From positions 1 to 40,727 of the forward strand of contig JAJQCX010000087.1 in NCBI GenBank assembly GCA_021202495.1: a stretch of DNA of 40,727 nucleotides, written 5' to 3'. Positions 16,451 to 26,810 of the stretch are shown in pieces. The DNA is from Clostridia bacterium (GTDB taxonomy: Bacteria > Bacillota > Clostridia > UMGS1883). Under the pieces are notes generated by a model, which saw only the letters and a program-made list of their open reading frames with translations, did not search any database and had not been told where the DNA came from. The position numbers were made by a program, and so were the translations under genes. Each line of letters begins with the position of its first letter. The stretch's first letter is position 1.

Positions 16451-17052
16451 TATTTTATCAATTCCCTTATTCTCAGCTTCACGCCGATTTTTTCCGTTAT
16501 CTCGCGGCATTTTTCCTTGTCCTCATCGTTCATTATATCAACTATGCTGAGCACGACCTCCGGCACATACTCCTTTGCCTTCCGGGCAAAATCAAGCATC
16601 GCGTCAAAGCCGTCCGCACCGTATACCGATCGGCATATTTCATTGTATTTTTCTCTGTCCGGCGCGTTCAGGCTTATCGAAATAACGTCAATCAGCCCCG
16701 CCATTTCTCCCGTCACATCGCGCCCCGCAATTAAATTCGCGTGCCCGTTCGTGTTGAGCCGCACCTTTATATCGCACTTTTCCTTGACCCGCCTTATTGT
16801 TTCAAGCATGTCCTCAAAGCGCTCCGTCGGCTCTCCGTATCCGCAAAAAACAAGCTCGTCAAATTTCTCAACACCCTTTGCGAAAATGTCCTCCACCGCC
16901 TCCTCAACCGTCGGCTCCCGGTCAAGCCATAAGTCATACCCCATGCCAAAGTCCGTCTCCGTCCTCGCGCAGAACACGCACGCGTTTGTGCACTTGTTCG
17001 TCAAATTGACATAAAGCCCCCGCCCGATGGGGTAAGCAATAATATTTCCCAC
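16450..17052 (-). CDS. TatD-associated radical SAM protein (TIGR04038/TIGR04100-like)
   Basis: LYVNLTNKCTNACVFC (CxxxCxxC), LWLDREP, VFCGYGEPT and RLNTNGH. Confidence 0.88.
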   Translation of the reverse strand: MGNIIAYPIGRGLYVNLTNKCTNACVFCARTETDFGMGYDLWLDREPTVEEAVEDIFAKGVEKFDELVFCGYGEPTERFEDMLETIRRVKEKCDIKVRLNTNGHANLIAGRDVTGEMAGLIDVISISLNAPDREKYNEICRSVYGADGFDAMLDFARKAKEYVPEVVLSIVDIMNDEDKEKCREITEKIGVKLRIRELIK

Positions 17053-17072
17053 TTCAATCTACCTTTCGCTGT

Positions 17073-18059
17073 TTATTTGCCGCAGCAATGCTTATATTTC
17101 TTCCCGCTCCCGCACGGACACGGGTCGTTTCGCCCGACCTTTTTGTTTTTAACCGGCGCCGCACCCTGCGTCGCCGCATAAAGCTGACTTAAAAGCGAAA
17201 ACCTCAGCTCTTCGTTCGGAAGTTCCATCTCCAAAATATTTTTCCGCATTTCATCGACACTAAGCGTTCCGTCCGCAAGTGCACGTTTCACGTTCTCTCC
17301 AAACGTCAGCTTACGAGGCACATCGGGCAAATACATAGCGCTCATTTCATGCGGCGTGTACCCTCTGTTGCACTGCATTCTCGTATGATTGTTGAGATCT
17401 GCGTAAAGCTTTACAAATGTATGTAAATCCCTCTCGGTTATCCGCGCTCCGTATCCTTCTATGAACTCCAGCGCGTCCTCCATCTCGTCGGTCATCATTT
17501 GAATTCCGTAGAGAATATAACAGTACGCATCTTCCACATAGGGCTCATCCATTCCGACTTTACGCAAAAAATCCATCATATCCGTCGCTTGCTCTGTCAT
17601 TTCGATATAGCCTGTATCGGCATAATTCAAAAGCTCGTTTTTGGACGGAATATAATACGGCTTTCCCTGCTGCGCTTCAAAAATATCATAAAATTCCTCC
17701 GCACCGTCATCCATATAAACGGCATTTACGAGATAATATTTCAACAAATCGGTCTTTTTCCCGTCAGAAAACAGCTCATGCTCGCCGAATATATAATACC
17801 ATCCGCGCTCATGCTTCGCGATTTCGGAAAAAGCGCGAAATTCGTCCTCCGTCACCGGATTTCTGTTCTGTGACACAATAATCTCATACAGCTTCTCCAA
17901 CGGTATAATTCCGTACAGCTCCGCCGCCGCGTCAAAATATTTCCGCAGCAGGCGCGACTTTGCATCCGTCAGCGGGATTTCCCTGTACAATGCGTTAAGC
18001 TTTCTCCTGCTATACTCTTCCGGCCACTCAAAATATCCATCGTTTTCTTCCATCTTCAA
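17073..18059 (-). CDS. SEC-C metal-binding motif protein
   Basis: C-terminal [20 protein letters not shown]; internal [14 protein letters not shown]. Confidence 0.85.
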   Translation of the reverse strand: MKMEENDGYFEWPEEYSRRKLNALYREIPLTDAKSRLLRKYFDAAAELYGIIPLEKLYEIIVSQNRNPVTEDEFRAFSEIAKHERGWYYIFGEHELFSDGKKTDLLKYYLVNAVYMDDGAEEFYDIFEAQQGKPYYIPSKNELLNYADTGYIEMTEQATDMMDFLRKVGMDEPYVEDAYCYILYGIQMMTDEMEDALEFIEGYGARITERDLHTFVKLYADLNNHTRMQCNRGYTPHEMSAMYLPDVPRKLTFGENVKRALADGTLSVDEMRKNILEMELPNEELRFSLLSQLYAATQGAAPVKNKKVGRNDPCPCGSGKKYKHCCGK

Positions 18060-18215
18060 TCCCGCCTCCGTTATTTTTTTATCATTTCATTACGCTGAAA
18101 ATATAATATCACATCTCCCGCCCGAATTCAACCCCACAATATATCCTTTTAAAAACCGTTGCAAAATTTTATTACATATGCTATCATATTTCAAAAGAGA
18201 GGGAGTGCATATCAA

Positions 18216-19559
18216 ATGAAATTGTCAAAAAGATTTCTGCCGCTTATCATATGTCTCATTTTTACCGCCGCGTTTGTTCCGCACGTCGGCGCCGCCACCT
18301 CCGGCTCATGCGGCTCCAACGTTTCGTGGACGCTTGACACAGTCGGCGGCGTGCTTACAATCTCCGGCTCCGGCAGCATGAACGACTATATAAATTCCTT
18401 CAATCCGTGGTCGTCAAACAGGCTTGTCAAATCCGTCGTGATTGAGGACGGTATAACTCACATCGGTGCCTCCGCATTTTCCGGCTGTACGGCGCTTTCC
18501 TTCGTCACAATATCCGACAGCGTCACAAGCATAGGCGCAAGCGCGTTCAGCGCCTGTTCGTCATTGACCGAAATAACCATTCCCGAAAATGTTACAGCCA
18601 TTGAAGATTATACCTTTAACGGCTGCTCTTCCATAACAAGCATTATTATCCCCGATAAGGTAAAGAGCATCGGCCGAGGTGCATTCAGCTATTGCTCATC
18701 ACTCGCAAGCGTCTCAATTCCCAAAAGCGTGATTACTTTTATGCCCGACGTCTTTTCCTACTGCCCGCTCCTGACAAGCGCAGGCGAGACGGGAAGCGGC
18801 TGCGACATTGAATTTGCCTGGACGACAATCCCCAACAACGCTTTTTACGGCTGCACCTCGCTTCAAAGCATAGATTTCCCCTCCTACATTACAAGCATAG
18901 GCTACAGTGCATTTTATAACTGCACCTCCCTTTCCTCAATCACCATTCCCGACAGCGTGATAAGCATAGGTGATTCTGCGTTTTGCTATTGCAGTTCCTT
19001 GAGCGAGGTTAATATGAGCGGCAATATGAACGGGTTCGGCGAAAGTGCATTTTTTGAATGCAGCTCACTGAAGGAGATTACCGTCCCCGACGGTATAACA
19101 TCTATTCTGACCTACACCTTTTATAACTGCAAATCCCTTACTAGCATAAATCTTCCCCGCACAATCACCTCAATTGCGGATTCCGCGTTTTCAAGCTGCC
19201 GCTCCCTGACCGACGTTTTCTACGGCGGCAGCCGCTCCGAATGGGCCGGCATAACCATTTCGGATAACAACGCATACTTAACCGATGCAACGATTCATTA
19301 CGCCGTCAGGGAAACCGCAATAATTTCCCTCTCTGCCGAAAAATCAGCCGACGGCGTCGCTGTCTTAGCCGAGATTGACAACCCCGATAACGGCACAGTC
19401 TTTGCGGCAGGCTACAGCAACAATGCCGCCCTCGCCGCCGTTACGGTTCAAAACGGCACCGCAATTCTTCCCGCAGAAACCGAAACGGTAAAAATATTCA
19501 TATGGGGCAAAAATTCTCTTCTCCCCCTCTGCCAATCCGCTTCGGCAGTTGTCAAATAA
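18216..19559 (+). CDS. Secreted BspA-type leucine-rich-repeat protein
   Basis: Signal peptide (VGA/A); about 10 repeats of the SVTSIGASAFSACSSLTEITIP type; promoter TTGCAA-17-TGcTATCAT at 18159-18187. Confidence 0.9.
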   Translation: MKLSKRFLPLIICLIFTAAFVPHVGAATSGSCGSNVSWTLDTVGGVLTISGSGSMNDYINSFNPWSSNRLVKSVVIEDGITHIGASAFSGCTALSFVTISDSVTSIGASAFSACSSLTEITIPENVTAIEDYTFNGCSSITSIIIPDKVKSIGRGAFSYCSSLASVSIPKSVITFMPDVFSYCPLLTSAGETGSGCDIEFAWTTIPNNAFYGCTSLQSIDFPSYITSIGYSAFYNCTSLSSITIPDSVISIGDSAFCYCSSLSEVNMSGNMNGFGESAFFECSSLKEITVPDGITSILTYTFYNCKSLTSINLPRTITSIADSAFSSCRSLTDVFYGGSRSEWAGITISDNNAYLTDATIHYAVRETAIISLSAEKSADGVAVLAEIDNPDNGTVFAAGYSNNAALAAVTVQNGTAILPAETETVKIFIWGKNSLLPLCQSASAVVK

Positions 19560-19566
19560 ACATCAC

Positions 19567-19604
19567 GGCGGGCAGATCCCCTTTCGGATTTGCCCGCCGC
19601 TTTT
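19567..19604. terminator. Terminator between the convergent LRR gene and tatD
   Basis: GGCGGGCAGATCC...GGATTTGCCCGCC followed by a T run. Confidence 0.75.
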
Positions 19605-20374
19605 TAATCTTTGATATTATAAAATTCCATCGCCGTTTTTTCCGTCACCGCGATTACCTCGTCTAAGTCAAGCCCCTTTATCTCGGCTATTTTTCTCGCC
19701 GTTTCAATCATATAAAGTGACGAATTGCGCTTGCCGCGATACGGCACCGGTGCAAGATACGGCGCGTCGGTTTCGAGCATTATTTCCTCCAAGGGAACGT
19801 ATTTTACAACCTCAACGGTTTTGACATTATTTTTAAATGTCAGCGTTCCCCCGACTGAAATTTTCATGCCTAACCGCAATATCTCCCGCGCGGTCTCCTT
19901 CGAGCCCGAAAAGCAGTGCATCATTCCGCGCCGATCGCCCGGCTTTGCGGATTTCAAAATTTCCAGGCAGTCGCCCGTAGCTTCGCGGTCATGCACCTGA
20001 AACGGCAGATTGACCGCCTTTGCCAGCTCTATCTGCTCAAAAAACCGCTTTTTTTGTATCTCAGCTGTTTCCTTCGTGTAGTGATATTCCAAGCCAATCT
20101 CGCCAATCGCAACGACCTTTTCATTCTCCGCCATCTTTCCGAGCGTGTCAAAATCACTGTCCTTCATTTTCTCCGCCTCCGACGGGTGAAAACCCACCGC
20201 CGCATATATAAAGGGATATTTTTCGGCAAGCTCAATTGATTTTTCGCTCGACTCAATGTCGCAGCCGACGTTTATAATGTGCCCCACGCCGCCCGAGGGC
20301 ATTTCTGCCAACAGAGCGCCGCGGTCATCGTCGAATTTTTCATCGTCATAATGTGCATGTACGTCAAAAAGCAT
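19604..20374 (-). CDS. tatD: TatD family hydrolase/nuclease
   Basis: FDVHAH, GFHP, AIGEIGL, HCFSG and ETDAPYLAP motifs. Confidence 0.93.
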   Translation of the reverse strand: MLFDVHAHYDDEKFDDDRGALLAEMPSGGVGHIINVGCDIESSEKSIELAEKYPFIYAAVGFHPSEAEKMKDSDFDTLGKMAENEKVVAIGEIGLEYHYTKETAEIQKKRFFEQIELAKAVNLPFQVHDREATGDCLEILKSAKPGDRRGMMHCFSGSKETAREILRLGMKISVGGTLTFKNNVKTVEVVKYVPLEEIMLETDAPYLAPVPYRGKRNSSLYMIETARKIAEIKGLDLDEVIAVTEKTAMEFYNIKD

Positions 20375-20441
20375 TTTAATCTCCATTCCGCCGCTTAATC
20401 GTAACGCGAATAAGGGCAAGATGCGCCGCTTATTTTTCGCG

Positions 20442-22391
20442 TTACCTTACCTCGCTGCCGTTTCTCATGAGCGCAATCGGCGCAATAAGGCTCAATTCCT
20501 CACCGTTCGCCGTATTCACAGCCGCGCTCAGTATCATTCCGTTCGACTCCTCGCCGCAGAGCTTGACCGGCGCAAGGTTCACAACCGCAACGACCTGCTT
20601 TCCTATCAAATCCTCGGGCTTATAGAATTTCGCAATTCCCGACACAATCTGCCGCTGTTCATAGCCGAAATCAATCTGGAATTTCAAAAGCTTGCTCGAT
20701 TTCTTTATCTTTTCGCACGCCAAAACCGTGCCGACCCTCAAATCGAGCTTGCCGAAGTCGTCAATCGTTATCTCGTCCTTCGGCTCGGGCTTTTCAATCG
20801 GTTCCTCGGCGGGCTTTTCCGGCTCGGGCTTTGCCGCTTCGAGCCTTGCAAGCTCCTTTTCAACGTCGATGCGCGGGAAAAGCGCCTCGCCCTTTTTAAC
20901 CTTCACATTTTTAAGTACTCCGAACTCTTTCGCGCTGTCCCAACCGTGCTCTTCGCAGCCCAGCTGCTCCATTATCTTCGGCGTCGTGTTCGGCATAACG
21001 GGGCGTATCAGCTCGCCCACAATTCTCAAAACCTCCGCAAGATTATACAAAACAGCCGCCAAACGCGCTTTTTTGCTCTCATCCTTGATGAGCTTCCACG
21101 GCATTGTTTCATCGATGTACTTGTTCGCGCGCGAAATGAGCTTCCAAATCTCCGCCAACGCGTTTGAAAAGTCAAACGCGTCCATCAGCTTTTCAACCTT
21201 TTCGGCGGTATGGCTTGCCAAATCAATCAGGTCGTCGTCAAATTCGCCTGTTTCTCTTTCCTCGGGGAGTTCTCCTCCGAAATACTTTTCAATCATCGCC
21301 ACCGTACGGCTCAAGAGATTACCCAAATCGTTTGCCAAATCGGCGTTTATTCTGTTAATGAGCATTTCATTTGTGAAATCGCCGTCCGATCCGAACGGAA
21401 CCTCGCGCATCAAGAAATACCTCACCGCGTCCACGCCGTAATTGTTGACCAGCACAACCGGGTCAACAACGTTGCCCTTCGACTTACTCATCTTGTCGCC
21501 GCCTATTTTGAGCCATCCGTGCCCAAATACCTGCTTTGGCAGCGGCAAATCAAGCGCCATCAGCATTGCCGGCCAAATTATCGAGTGAAATCTCACAATT
21601 TCCTTGCCCACAATGTGTACGTCGCACGGCCAATACTTCTTAAAATCACTGTCATCATCCGAAAACGCGCCCATCGCCGTAATGTAGTTTGTCAGCGCGT
21701 CGAGCCACACGTAAACGACGTGCTTTGGATCAAACGTCACCGGAATGCCCCAGTCAAACGACGTTCTCGAAACGCACAAATCCTCAAGCCCCGGACGCAG
21801 GAAATTGTTCAGCATTTCGTTCTGTCTCGATGCCGGCTGCAAAAAGTCGGGGTTATTTTCTATCAAATTGATTATTTTGTCGCGGTATTTTGAAAGACGG
21901 AAGAAATAGCTCTCCTCCTTTGTCATTTCAACCTCGCGTCCGCAGTCGGGGCATTTGCCGTCCTTGAGCTGTGTCGGCGTCCAGAACGACTCGCACGGCG
22001 TGCAGTACCAGCCCTCGTACTCGCTCTTGTAAATGTCGCCCTTTTCGTAGAGCGTGTTAAATATCTTCTGCACAGCCTTCACATGCTGCTCGTCCGTCGT
22101 CCTGATAAAACGGTCGTAGGATATGTCCATCAGCTTCCACAAATCCTTTATCCCGCTCACAATTTCGTCGACATATTGCTGAGGCGTCACGCCCTTTGCC
22201 TCCGCCTTGCGCTGTATCTTCTGCCCGTGCTCGTCCGTGCCCGTCAAAAACATCACGTCATAGCCCTGCGCCCTCTTGTAACGCGCAATGCTGTCAGACG
22301 CAACAGTACAATAAGCGTGCCCGATGTGCAGATTGTCGCTCGGATAATATATCGGCGTAGTAATGTAAAACTTTCCCTTACTCAACTTCAT
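20442..22391 (-). CDS. metG: Methionyl-tRNA synthetase
   Basis: ITTPIYY, HIGH, KMSKS, Zn knuckle CTPC/CPDC and a C-terminal tRNA-binding OB domain. Confidence 0.97.
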   Translation of the reverse strand: MKLSKGKFYITTPIYYPSDNLHIGHAYCTVASDSIARYKRAQGYDVMFLTGTDEHGQKIQRKAEAKGVTPQQYVDEIVSGIKDLWKLMDISYDRFIRTTDEQHVKAVQKIFNTLYEKGDIYKSEYEGWYCTPCESFWTPTQLKDGKCPDCGREVEMTKEESYFFRLSKYRDKIINLIENNPDFLQPASRQNEMLNNFLRPGLEDLCVSRTSFDWGIPVTFDPKHVVYVWLDALTNYITAMGAFSDDDSDFKKYWPCDVHIVGKEIVRFHSIIWPAMLMALDLPLPKQVFGHGWLKIGGDKMSKSKGNVVDPVVLVNNYGVDAVRYFLMREVPFGSDGDFTNEMLINRINADLANDLGNLLSRTVAMIEKYFGGELPEERETGEFDDDLIDLASHTAEKVEKLMDAFDFSNALAEIWKLISRANKYIDETMPWKLIKDESKKARLAAVLYNLAEVLRIVGELIRPVMPNTTPKIMEQLGCEEHGWDSAKEFGVLKNVKVKKGEALFPRIDVEKELARLEAAKPEPEKPAEEPIEKPEPKDEITIDDFGKLDLRVGTVLACEKIKKSSKLLKFQIDFGYEQRQIVSGIAKFYKPEDLIGKQVVAVVNLAPVKLCGEESNGMILSAAVNTANGEELSLIAPIALMRNGSEVR

Positions 22392-22408
22392 TCACCTTGT
22401 TTTCAATT

Positions 22409-22990
22409 TTATTTCGTAAAATTTCTGCTGCCGGGCTTCACGATGGGGATGCCTGCCTTGCAAAGCGGGCACTCATCCTCCTCGTAGGACACAACCTCCA
22501 TCGAGATGACCGCCTTGAACGGTACTCCAAAATCAATCTTTCCGCCCGTTCTGTCAACAATCGATCCAACTCCCGCGACAATGCCGCCGTTTTTCTTAAC
22601 AATCTCGATAACCTCTCTCACGCTGCCGCCGGTCGTCACAACGTCCTCGACAACAAGAACCTTCTGCCCCTCTTCAATCGTAAAGCCGCGGCGCAATGTC
22701 ATAACGCCGTTTTCGCGCTCCGCAAAAATGTTCTTCACGCCGAGCGCACGGCTCACCTCATAGCTCATCTGTATTGCTCCGAGCGCGGGTCCTATTACAA
22801 CGTCAATTCCCGCATCGGCATACTTTTCAGCCAAAACGCCGCACAGCTCCTCCGAATATTTCGTATATTGAAATATCTTCGCGCACTGCAAGTACTTCGC
22901 GCTGTGTCTGCCGCTCGTCAGGCGAAAATGCCCCTCCTGCAAAACACCCGCTTCCTTCAAAATTTCAACAACTCTCTCTTCCGTTACCAT
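22409..22990 (-). CDS. pyrE: Orotate phosphoribosyltransferase
   Basis: [11 protein letters not shown] and PRPP loop [11 protein letters not shown]. Confidence 0.96.
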   Translation of the reverse strand: MVTEERVVEILKEAGVLQEGHFRLTSGRHSAKYLQCAKIFQYTKYSEELCGVLAEKYADAGIDVVIGPALGAIQMSYEVSRALGVKNIFAERENGVMTLRRGFTIEEGQKVLVVEDVVTTGGSVREVIEIVKKNGGIVAGVGSIVDRTGGKIDFGVPFKAVISMEVVSYEEDECPLCKAGIPIVKPGSRNFTK

Positions 22991-23898
22991 GGTTTCACGC
23001 CTCCTATTATTTCATTTACATCATCAATGCCGTTGTTTTTCATATATTCCTCAATCCCGTACAGCGTCTTTATCGGCGCATACGGGTCAATGAAGTTCGC
23101 CGTGCCGAGCGCCACAAGGCTCGCCCCCGCGAGCATAAATTCAACCGCGTCGTCTCCGTTCATTATGCCGCCCATGCCGATGAGCGGTATCTTGACCGCG
23201 TTTTTCACCTGCCACACCATTCTCGCCGCGATAGGCTTTACCGCAGGACCGCTCATGCCGCCCACGTTGTTGTGCAAAATCGGTCTGCGCGTCTTAATGT
23301 CAATTTTCATGCCGAGCAGCGTATTTATCAAACTCAGCGCATCCGCACCCGCGCTCTCCGCCGCCCGCGCAATTTCGCAAATATCGGTCACATTTGGCGA
23401 AAGCTTCACAACAAGCGGCTTTTTGCACTTTTCCTTAACCCGCCTTGTTATCTCCTCCGCCGTCTTCGCGTTCGTGCCGAACGCCGCGCCGCCCTGCTTT
23501 ACGTTGGGGCAGGAAATATTCATTTCAACCAAATCGACGTCAGATGAGCCCACAATTTCGCCCATCGCCACGTAATCCTCAATCGAATTTCCCGTGATGT
23601 TCGCGATTATTTTGCATTTTTTATATTTTGATTTCAAAAACGGCAAATCGTTCTGCAAAAAGTTCTCAACGCCCGGGTTTTGCAGCCCGACGCTGTTTAA
23701 AATTCCGCCGTAAATTTCCGCAATCCTCGGCGGGGGATTGCCCTCGCGCGGCTTTAACGAAAGCCCCTTCACGCTAATTCCGCCGATATTGTCCAAGTTG
23801 TAAAACTGCGAATATTCATATCCGAACCCAAACGTGCCCGACGCCGTGATTATCGGATTTTCAAATTCCACTCCGCAAAAATTCACCTTTGTGTTCAT
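22984..23898 (-). CDS. pyrD: Dihydroorotate dehydrogenase family 1B, catalytic subunit
   Basis: [27 protein letters not shown] and [10 protein letters not shown]. Confidence 0.96.
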   Translation of the reverse strand: MNTKVNFCGVEFENPIITASGTFGFGYEYSQFYNLDNIGGISVKGLSLKPREGNPPPRIAEIYGGILNSVGLQNPGVENFLQNDLPFLKSKYKKCKIIANITGNSIEDYVAMGEIVGSSDVDLVEMNISCPNVKQGGAAFGTNAKTAEEITRRVKEKCKKPLVVKLSPNVTDICEIARAAESAGADALSLINTLLGMKIDIKTRRPILHNNVGGMSGPAVKPIAARMVWQVKNAVKIPLIGMGGIMNGDDAVEFMLAGASLVALGTANFIDPYAPIKTLYGIEEYMKNNGIDDVNEIIGGVKPW

Positions 23899-24635
23899 CA
23901 AAATTCCACCTCGCTCGCGTCAAAAACAGGTCCCTTTTGGCAAACCTTTTCATATCCGTTTTTCGTCTTGCAAACGCACACAAGGCACGCGCCTATTCCG
24001 CAGCCCATGCGCTGCTCCATGCTTATCTCGGCTTTTATCCCCGTTTCCTCGCTCAGCGCCTTAACCGCCTTCAGCATCGGCGCGGGTCCGCATGCATAGA
24101 TAATGTCGCAGCCTTCAAGCTCCTTTTTTGCCAAATCTATCGCAAAGCCGTGATAGCCGTAGTTTCCGTCGTCTGTCGCAACAAGAGTTTTTCCGCACTT
24201 TGCAAAATCGTCCTCCATGCAGACCATGTCTTTATTTCTGAAGCCCAAGAAAATCTTCGGATTTTCAAGCCCTTTCGCGAGGTAAAGCAGCGGAAACACT
24301 CCCAGTCCCCCTCCGATGATAACGGCGTTTTTCCCCTTTTTCAAGTCAAAGCCGTTTCCCAAAGGGCCAATCACGTCAAGCACTCCGCCCTCTCTCTTTG
24401 CCAAAACAGCGGTTCCCTCGCCCTTTATTTCAAAGACAATTTTGACAACATCGCCTTCAATGTCGCATATTGAAATCGGTCTGCGCAGCAAATGCGCCTC
24501 GCTTTCGATATTTATATGCACAAACTGTCCCGGCTTCGCCTCATTTGCCAAATCCTTATTTTTAAGGAGCATCTCTATCTGATTTTTTGCAATTTCACGC
24601 TTTTGTATTATTTCACAAAGCCTTACTTGATACAA
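23898..24635 (-). CDS. pyrK: Dihydroorotate dehydrogenase electron transfer subunit
   Basis: LLRRPISI, GPLGNGF, GGGLG, CGPAPM and MGCGIGACLVC. Start reassigned to TTG 24635 after GGAGG. Confidence 0.93.
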   Translation of the reverse strand: MYQVRLCEIIQKREIAKNQIEMLLKNKDLANEAKPGQFVHINIESEAHLLRRPISICDIEGDVVKIVFEIKGEGTAVLAKREGGVLDVIGPLGNGFDLKKGKNAVIIGGGLGVFPLLYLAKGLENPKIFLGFRNKDMVCMEDDFAKCGKTLVATDDGNYGYHGFAIDLAKKELEGCDIIYACGPAPMLKAVKALSEETGIKAEISMEQRMGCGIGACLVCVCKTKNGYEKVCQKGPVFDASEVEF

Positions 24636-25540
24636 TTTTTCAAAGCCTCCTTCATGTTTATCGCCTCGCATCTTGCCGCCGCGCCGAACTCCTCGGGCTT
24701 CCAATCGCCTTTTTTATATGCGCACATTATCCCGCGCGAGGAATTGACGATTCCGCCCAAGCCTCTCTCGTCAAACGCGAGCGCACAGTCCTCCGCCTTT
24801 CCTCCCTGTGCGCCGTAGCCGGGGATGAGGAAAAACGTGTTCGGCATGAGCGATCTTAACTCCGTCATTTGCTGCGGATATGTCGCGCCCACAACCGCGC
24901 CCACGCGGCTGTAGCCGTATTGCTCCACGTTGTCCGCGCCGAGCGCACTCACCATCGAGCCCATTTTTTCATATATCGGCATCCCGTCAACCTTCAGATC
25001 CTGGAGCTCTCCCGAGGACGGGTTCGACGTTTTGACAAGCACAAAAACGTCCTTGTCAAACCTCACCGCGTCCTTCACAAACGGTTTCAATCCGTCCGTT
25101 CCAAGGTAAGGATTCACCGTCACCGCGTCCGGCGTAAAGGAACGCGCCTTTTTGTCGCCTACAACGGTTTCGCCCAGGTATGCCGTACTGTACGCCTCAG
25201 CCGTCGCGCCGATGTCGCCGCGCTTTACGTCAAGCAGCACATAAAGTCCCTTTTTCTCCGCATAACTAATCGTCTTTTGCAGGCAAATAAGTCCTTCAAT
25301 TCCGTACATTTCGTAATACGCGCTCTGCGGCTTTACCGCCGGCACAATGTCATAGAGATTGTCAATCAGCGTTCTGTTAAATTCAAACAGCGCATCGGCC
25401 GCGCCCTTCTGCCAATCATCGCCCGCTTTCTCCATGCATTCCTTCACAATAAATTCCGGCACATAGTCAATTTTGGGGTCAAGTCCCGCAACTATCGGGG
25501 TGTTGTCCTTTTCAATTATTTTTTCTATCAGCTTATCCAT
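24623..25540 (-). CDS. pyrF: Orotidine-5'-phosphate decarboxylase (long subfamily 2)
   Basis: GLDP, AVKPQSAYYE, DVKRGDIGAT, VNPYLG, PGYGAQGG and NSSRGI. Confidence 0.96.
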   Translation of the reverse strand: MDKLIEKIIEKDNTPIVAGLDPKIDYVPEFIVKECMEKAGDDWQKGAADALFEFNRTLIDNLYDIVPAVKPQSAYYEMYGIEGLICLQKTISYAEKKGLYVLLDVKRGDIGATAEAYSTAYLGETVVGDKKARSFTPDAVTVNPYLGTDGLKPFVKDAVRFDKDVFVLVKTSNPSSGELQDLKVDGMPIYEKMGSMVSALGADNVEQYGYSRVGAVVGATYPQQMTELRSLMPNTFFLIPGYGAQGGKAEDCALAFDERGLGGIVNSSRGIMCAYKKGDWKPEEFGAAARCEAINMKEALKNCIK

Positions 25541-26807
25541 TGTATATAATTTCCCCTCCGATCAATGTCTTATGCGCCTTTCCCTGTAATTTAAATCCGT
25601 CAAACGGCGAATTTTTGCTCTTGGAATGAAACTTGTTCACATCTACAACCCACTCTTCGTCCGGGTCAAAGATTGTCAGATCCGCAATCTTCCCCACCGC
25701 AATCTCACCCAAATCGAGATTTAATATGTGCGAGGGATTATACGTCATTTTTTCGAGCATTTCACCCAGCGTCATTCTTCCGCTCTTTACAAGATACGTT
25801 ATCGAAAGCCCCAGCGACGTTTCAAGCCCCACAATGCCGTTTAACGCCTTTTCAAATTCGACTCTCTTTTCGTCGATGTGGTGCGGCGCGTGGTCTGTTA
25901 TAATGCAGTCAATCGTTCCGTCGCACAGTCCTTCGATTATCGCCTCGCGGTCGCTCTCGTCGCGCAGCGGAGGGTTCATCTTCGCGTTCGTGTCAAACCC
26001 TTCAACCGCCTTGTCTGTCAACACAAAATAGTGCGGCGCTGTTTCGCACGTCACCTTCACGCCTCTTTTTTTCGCCTGTCTTACAAGATCGACGCTGTTT
26101 TTCGTGCTGACGTGCGCAATGTGTATCTTCTTGCCCTCGTGCTCCGCAATCAAAATGTCGCGCGCAACCATCGCTTCCTCAACCGCCGGCACTATCGGGC
26201 GCAGCCCCATCAGCGTCGCCGTGACTGAATCGTTCATCTGTCCGCCGTCAAGAAGGCTCAAATCCTCGCAGTGAGATATAACCTGCAAATCAAACCCATC
26301 GGCGTACTGCATCGCCCTTCTCATAACGCTCCCGTTTGAAACGGGTCTTCCATCGTCCGAAATTGCGACAATGCCTTCCTTTTTCATCTCGCCTATTTCA
26401 GCCAATTCTTCGCCCTTAAGCCCCTTTGTCACCGCGCCTATCGGGAAAACGCGGCAGTGCGCCGCTTCCCTTTCGCGCTCTTTAATGTAGCGCACAGTCA
26501 CCGCGTTGTCGCACACGGGGTTTGTGTTCGGCATTGGGCACACGGCAGTAAATCCGCCCGCCGCCGCTGCCGCCGTACCCGATTCGATGTCCTCTTTATA
26601 TTCATAGCCCGGCTCTCTCAAATGGACGTGCATATCAATGAGCCCCGCCGAAACATACATTCCTTCCGCGTCGATTATCTCGGCTCCCTCTTTTTCAATG
26701 TTTTCGCCAATCTTGACTATCATTCCGTCAGAGATAAGTATATCCAATTTTGCGTCAAGAGCGTTCTTTTTGTCTATAACGTGTCCGTTTTTTATTATCT
26801 TGTCCAT
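25533..26807 (-). CDS. pyrC: Dihydroorotase
   Basis: DMHVHLREPG, MPNT, KMNPPLR and TDHAPH. Confidence 0.96.
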   Translation of the reverse strand: MDKIIKNGHVIDKKNALDAKLDILISDGMIVKIGENIEKEGAEIIDAEGMYVSAGLIDMHVHLREPGYEYKEDIESGTAAAAAGGFTAVCPMPNTNPVCDNAVTVRYIKEREREAAHCRVFPIGAVTKGLKGEELAEIGEMKKEGIVAISDDGRPVSNGSVMRRAMQYADGFDLQVISHCEDLSLLDGGQMNDSVTATLMGLRPIVPAVEEAMVARDILIAEHEGKKIHIAHVSTKNSVDLVRQAKKRGVKVTCETAPHYFVLTDKAVEGFDTNAKMNPPLRDESDREAIIEGLCDGTIDCIITDHAPHHIDEKRVEFEKALNGIVGLETSLGLSITYLVKSGRMTLGEMLEKMTYNPSHILNLDLGEIAVGKIADLTIFDPDEEWVVDVNKFHSKSKNSPFDGFKLQGKAHKTLIGGEIIYNG

Positions 26808-26810
26808 TGT

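Noticed and set aside
18440-19220. Recurrent ACAAGCATAGG-like DNA repeats
   Set aside because: Explained by the protein-level LRR repeats (TSIG)
22397-23575. 392-aa plus-strand ORF (also 31059-32078, 20421-21167, 39066-39923 and similar)
   Set aside because: Antisense shadows of well-conserved housekeeping genes, with no motifs or RBS
24636-24704. N-terminal extension of PyrK in the ORF track
   Set aside because: Lies inside pyrF; GGAGG followed by TTG at 24635 is a better start
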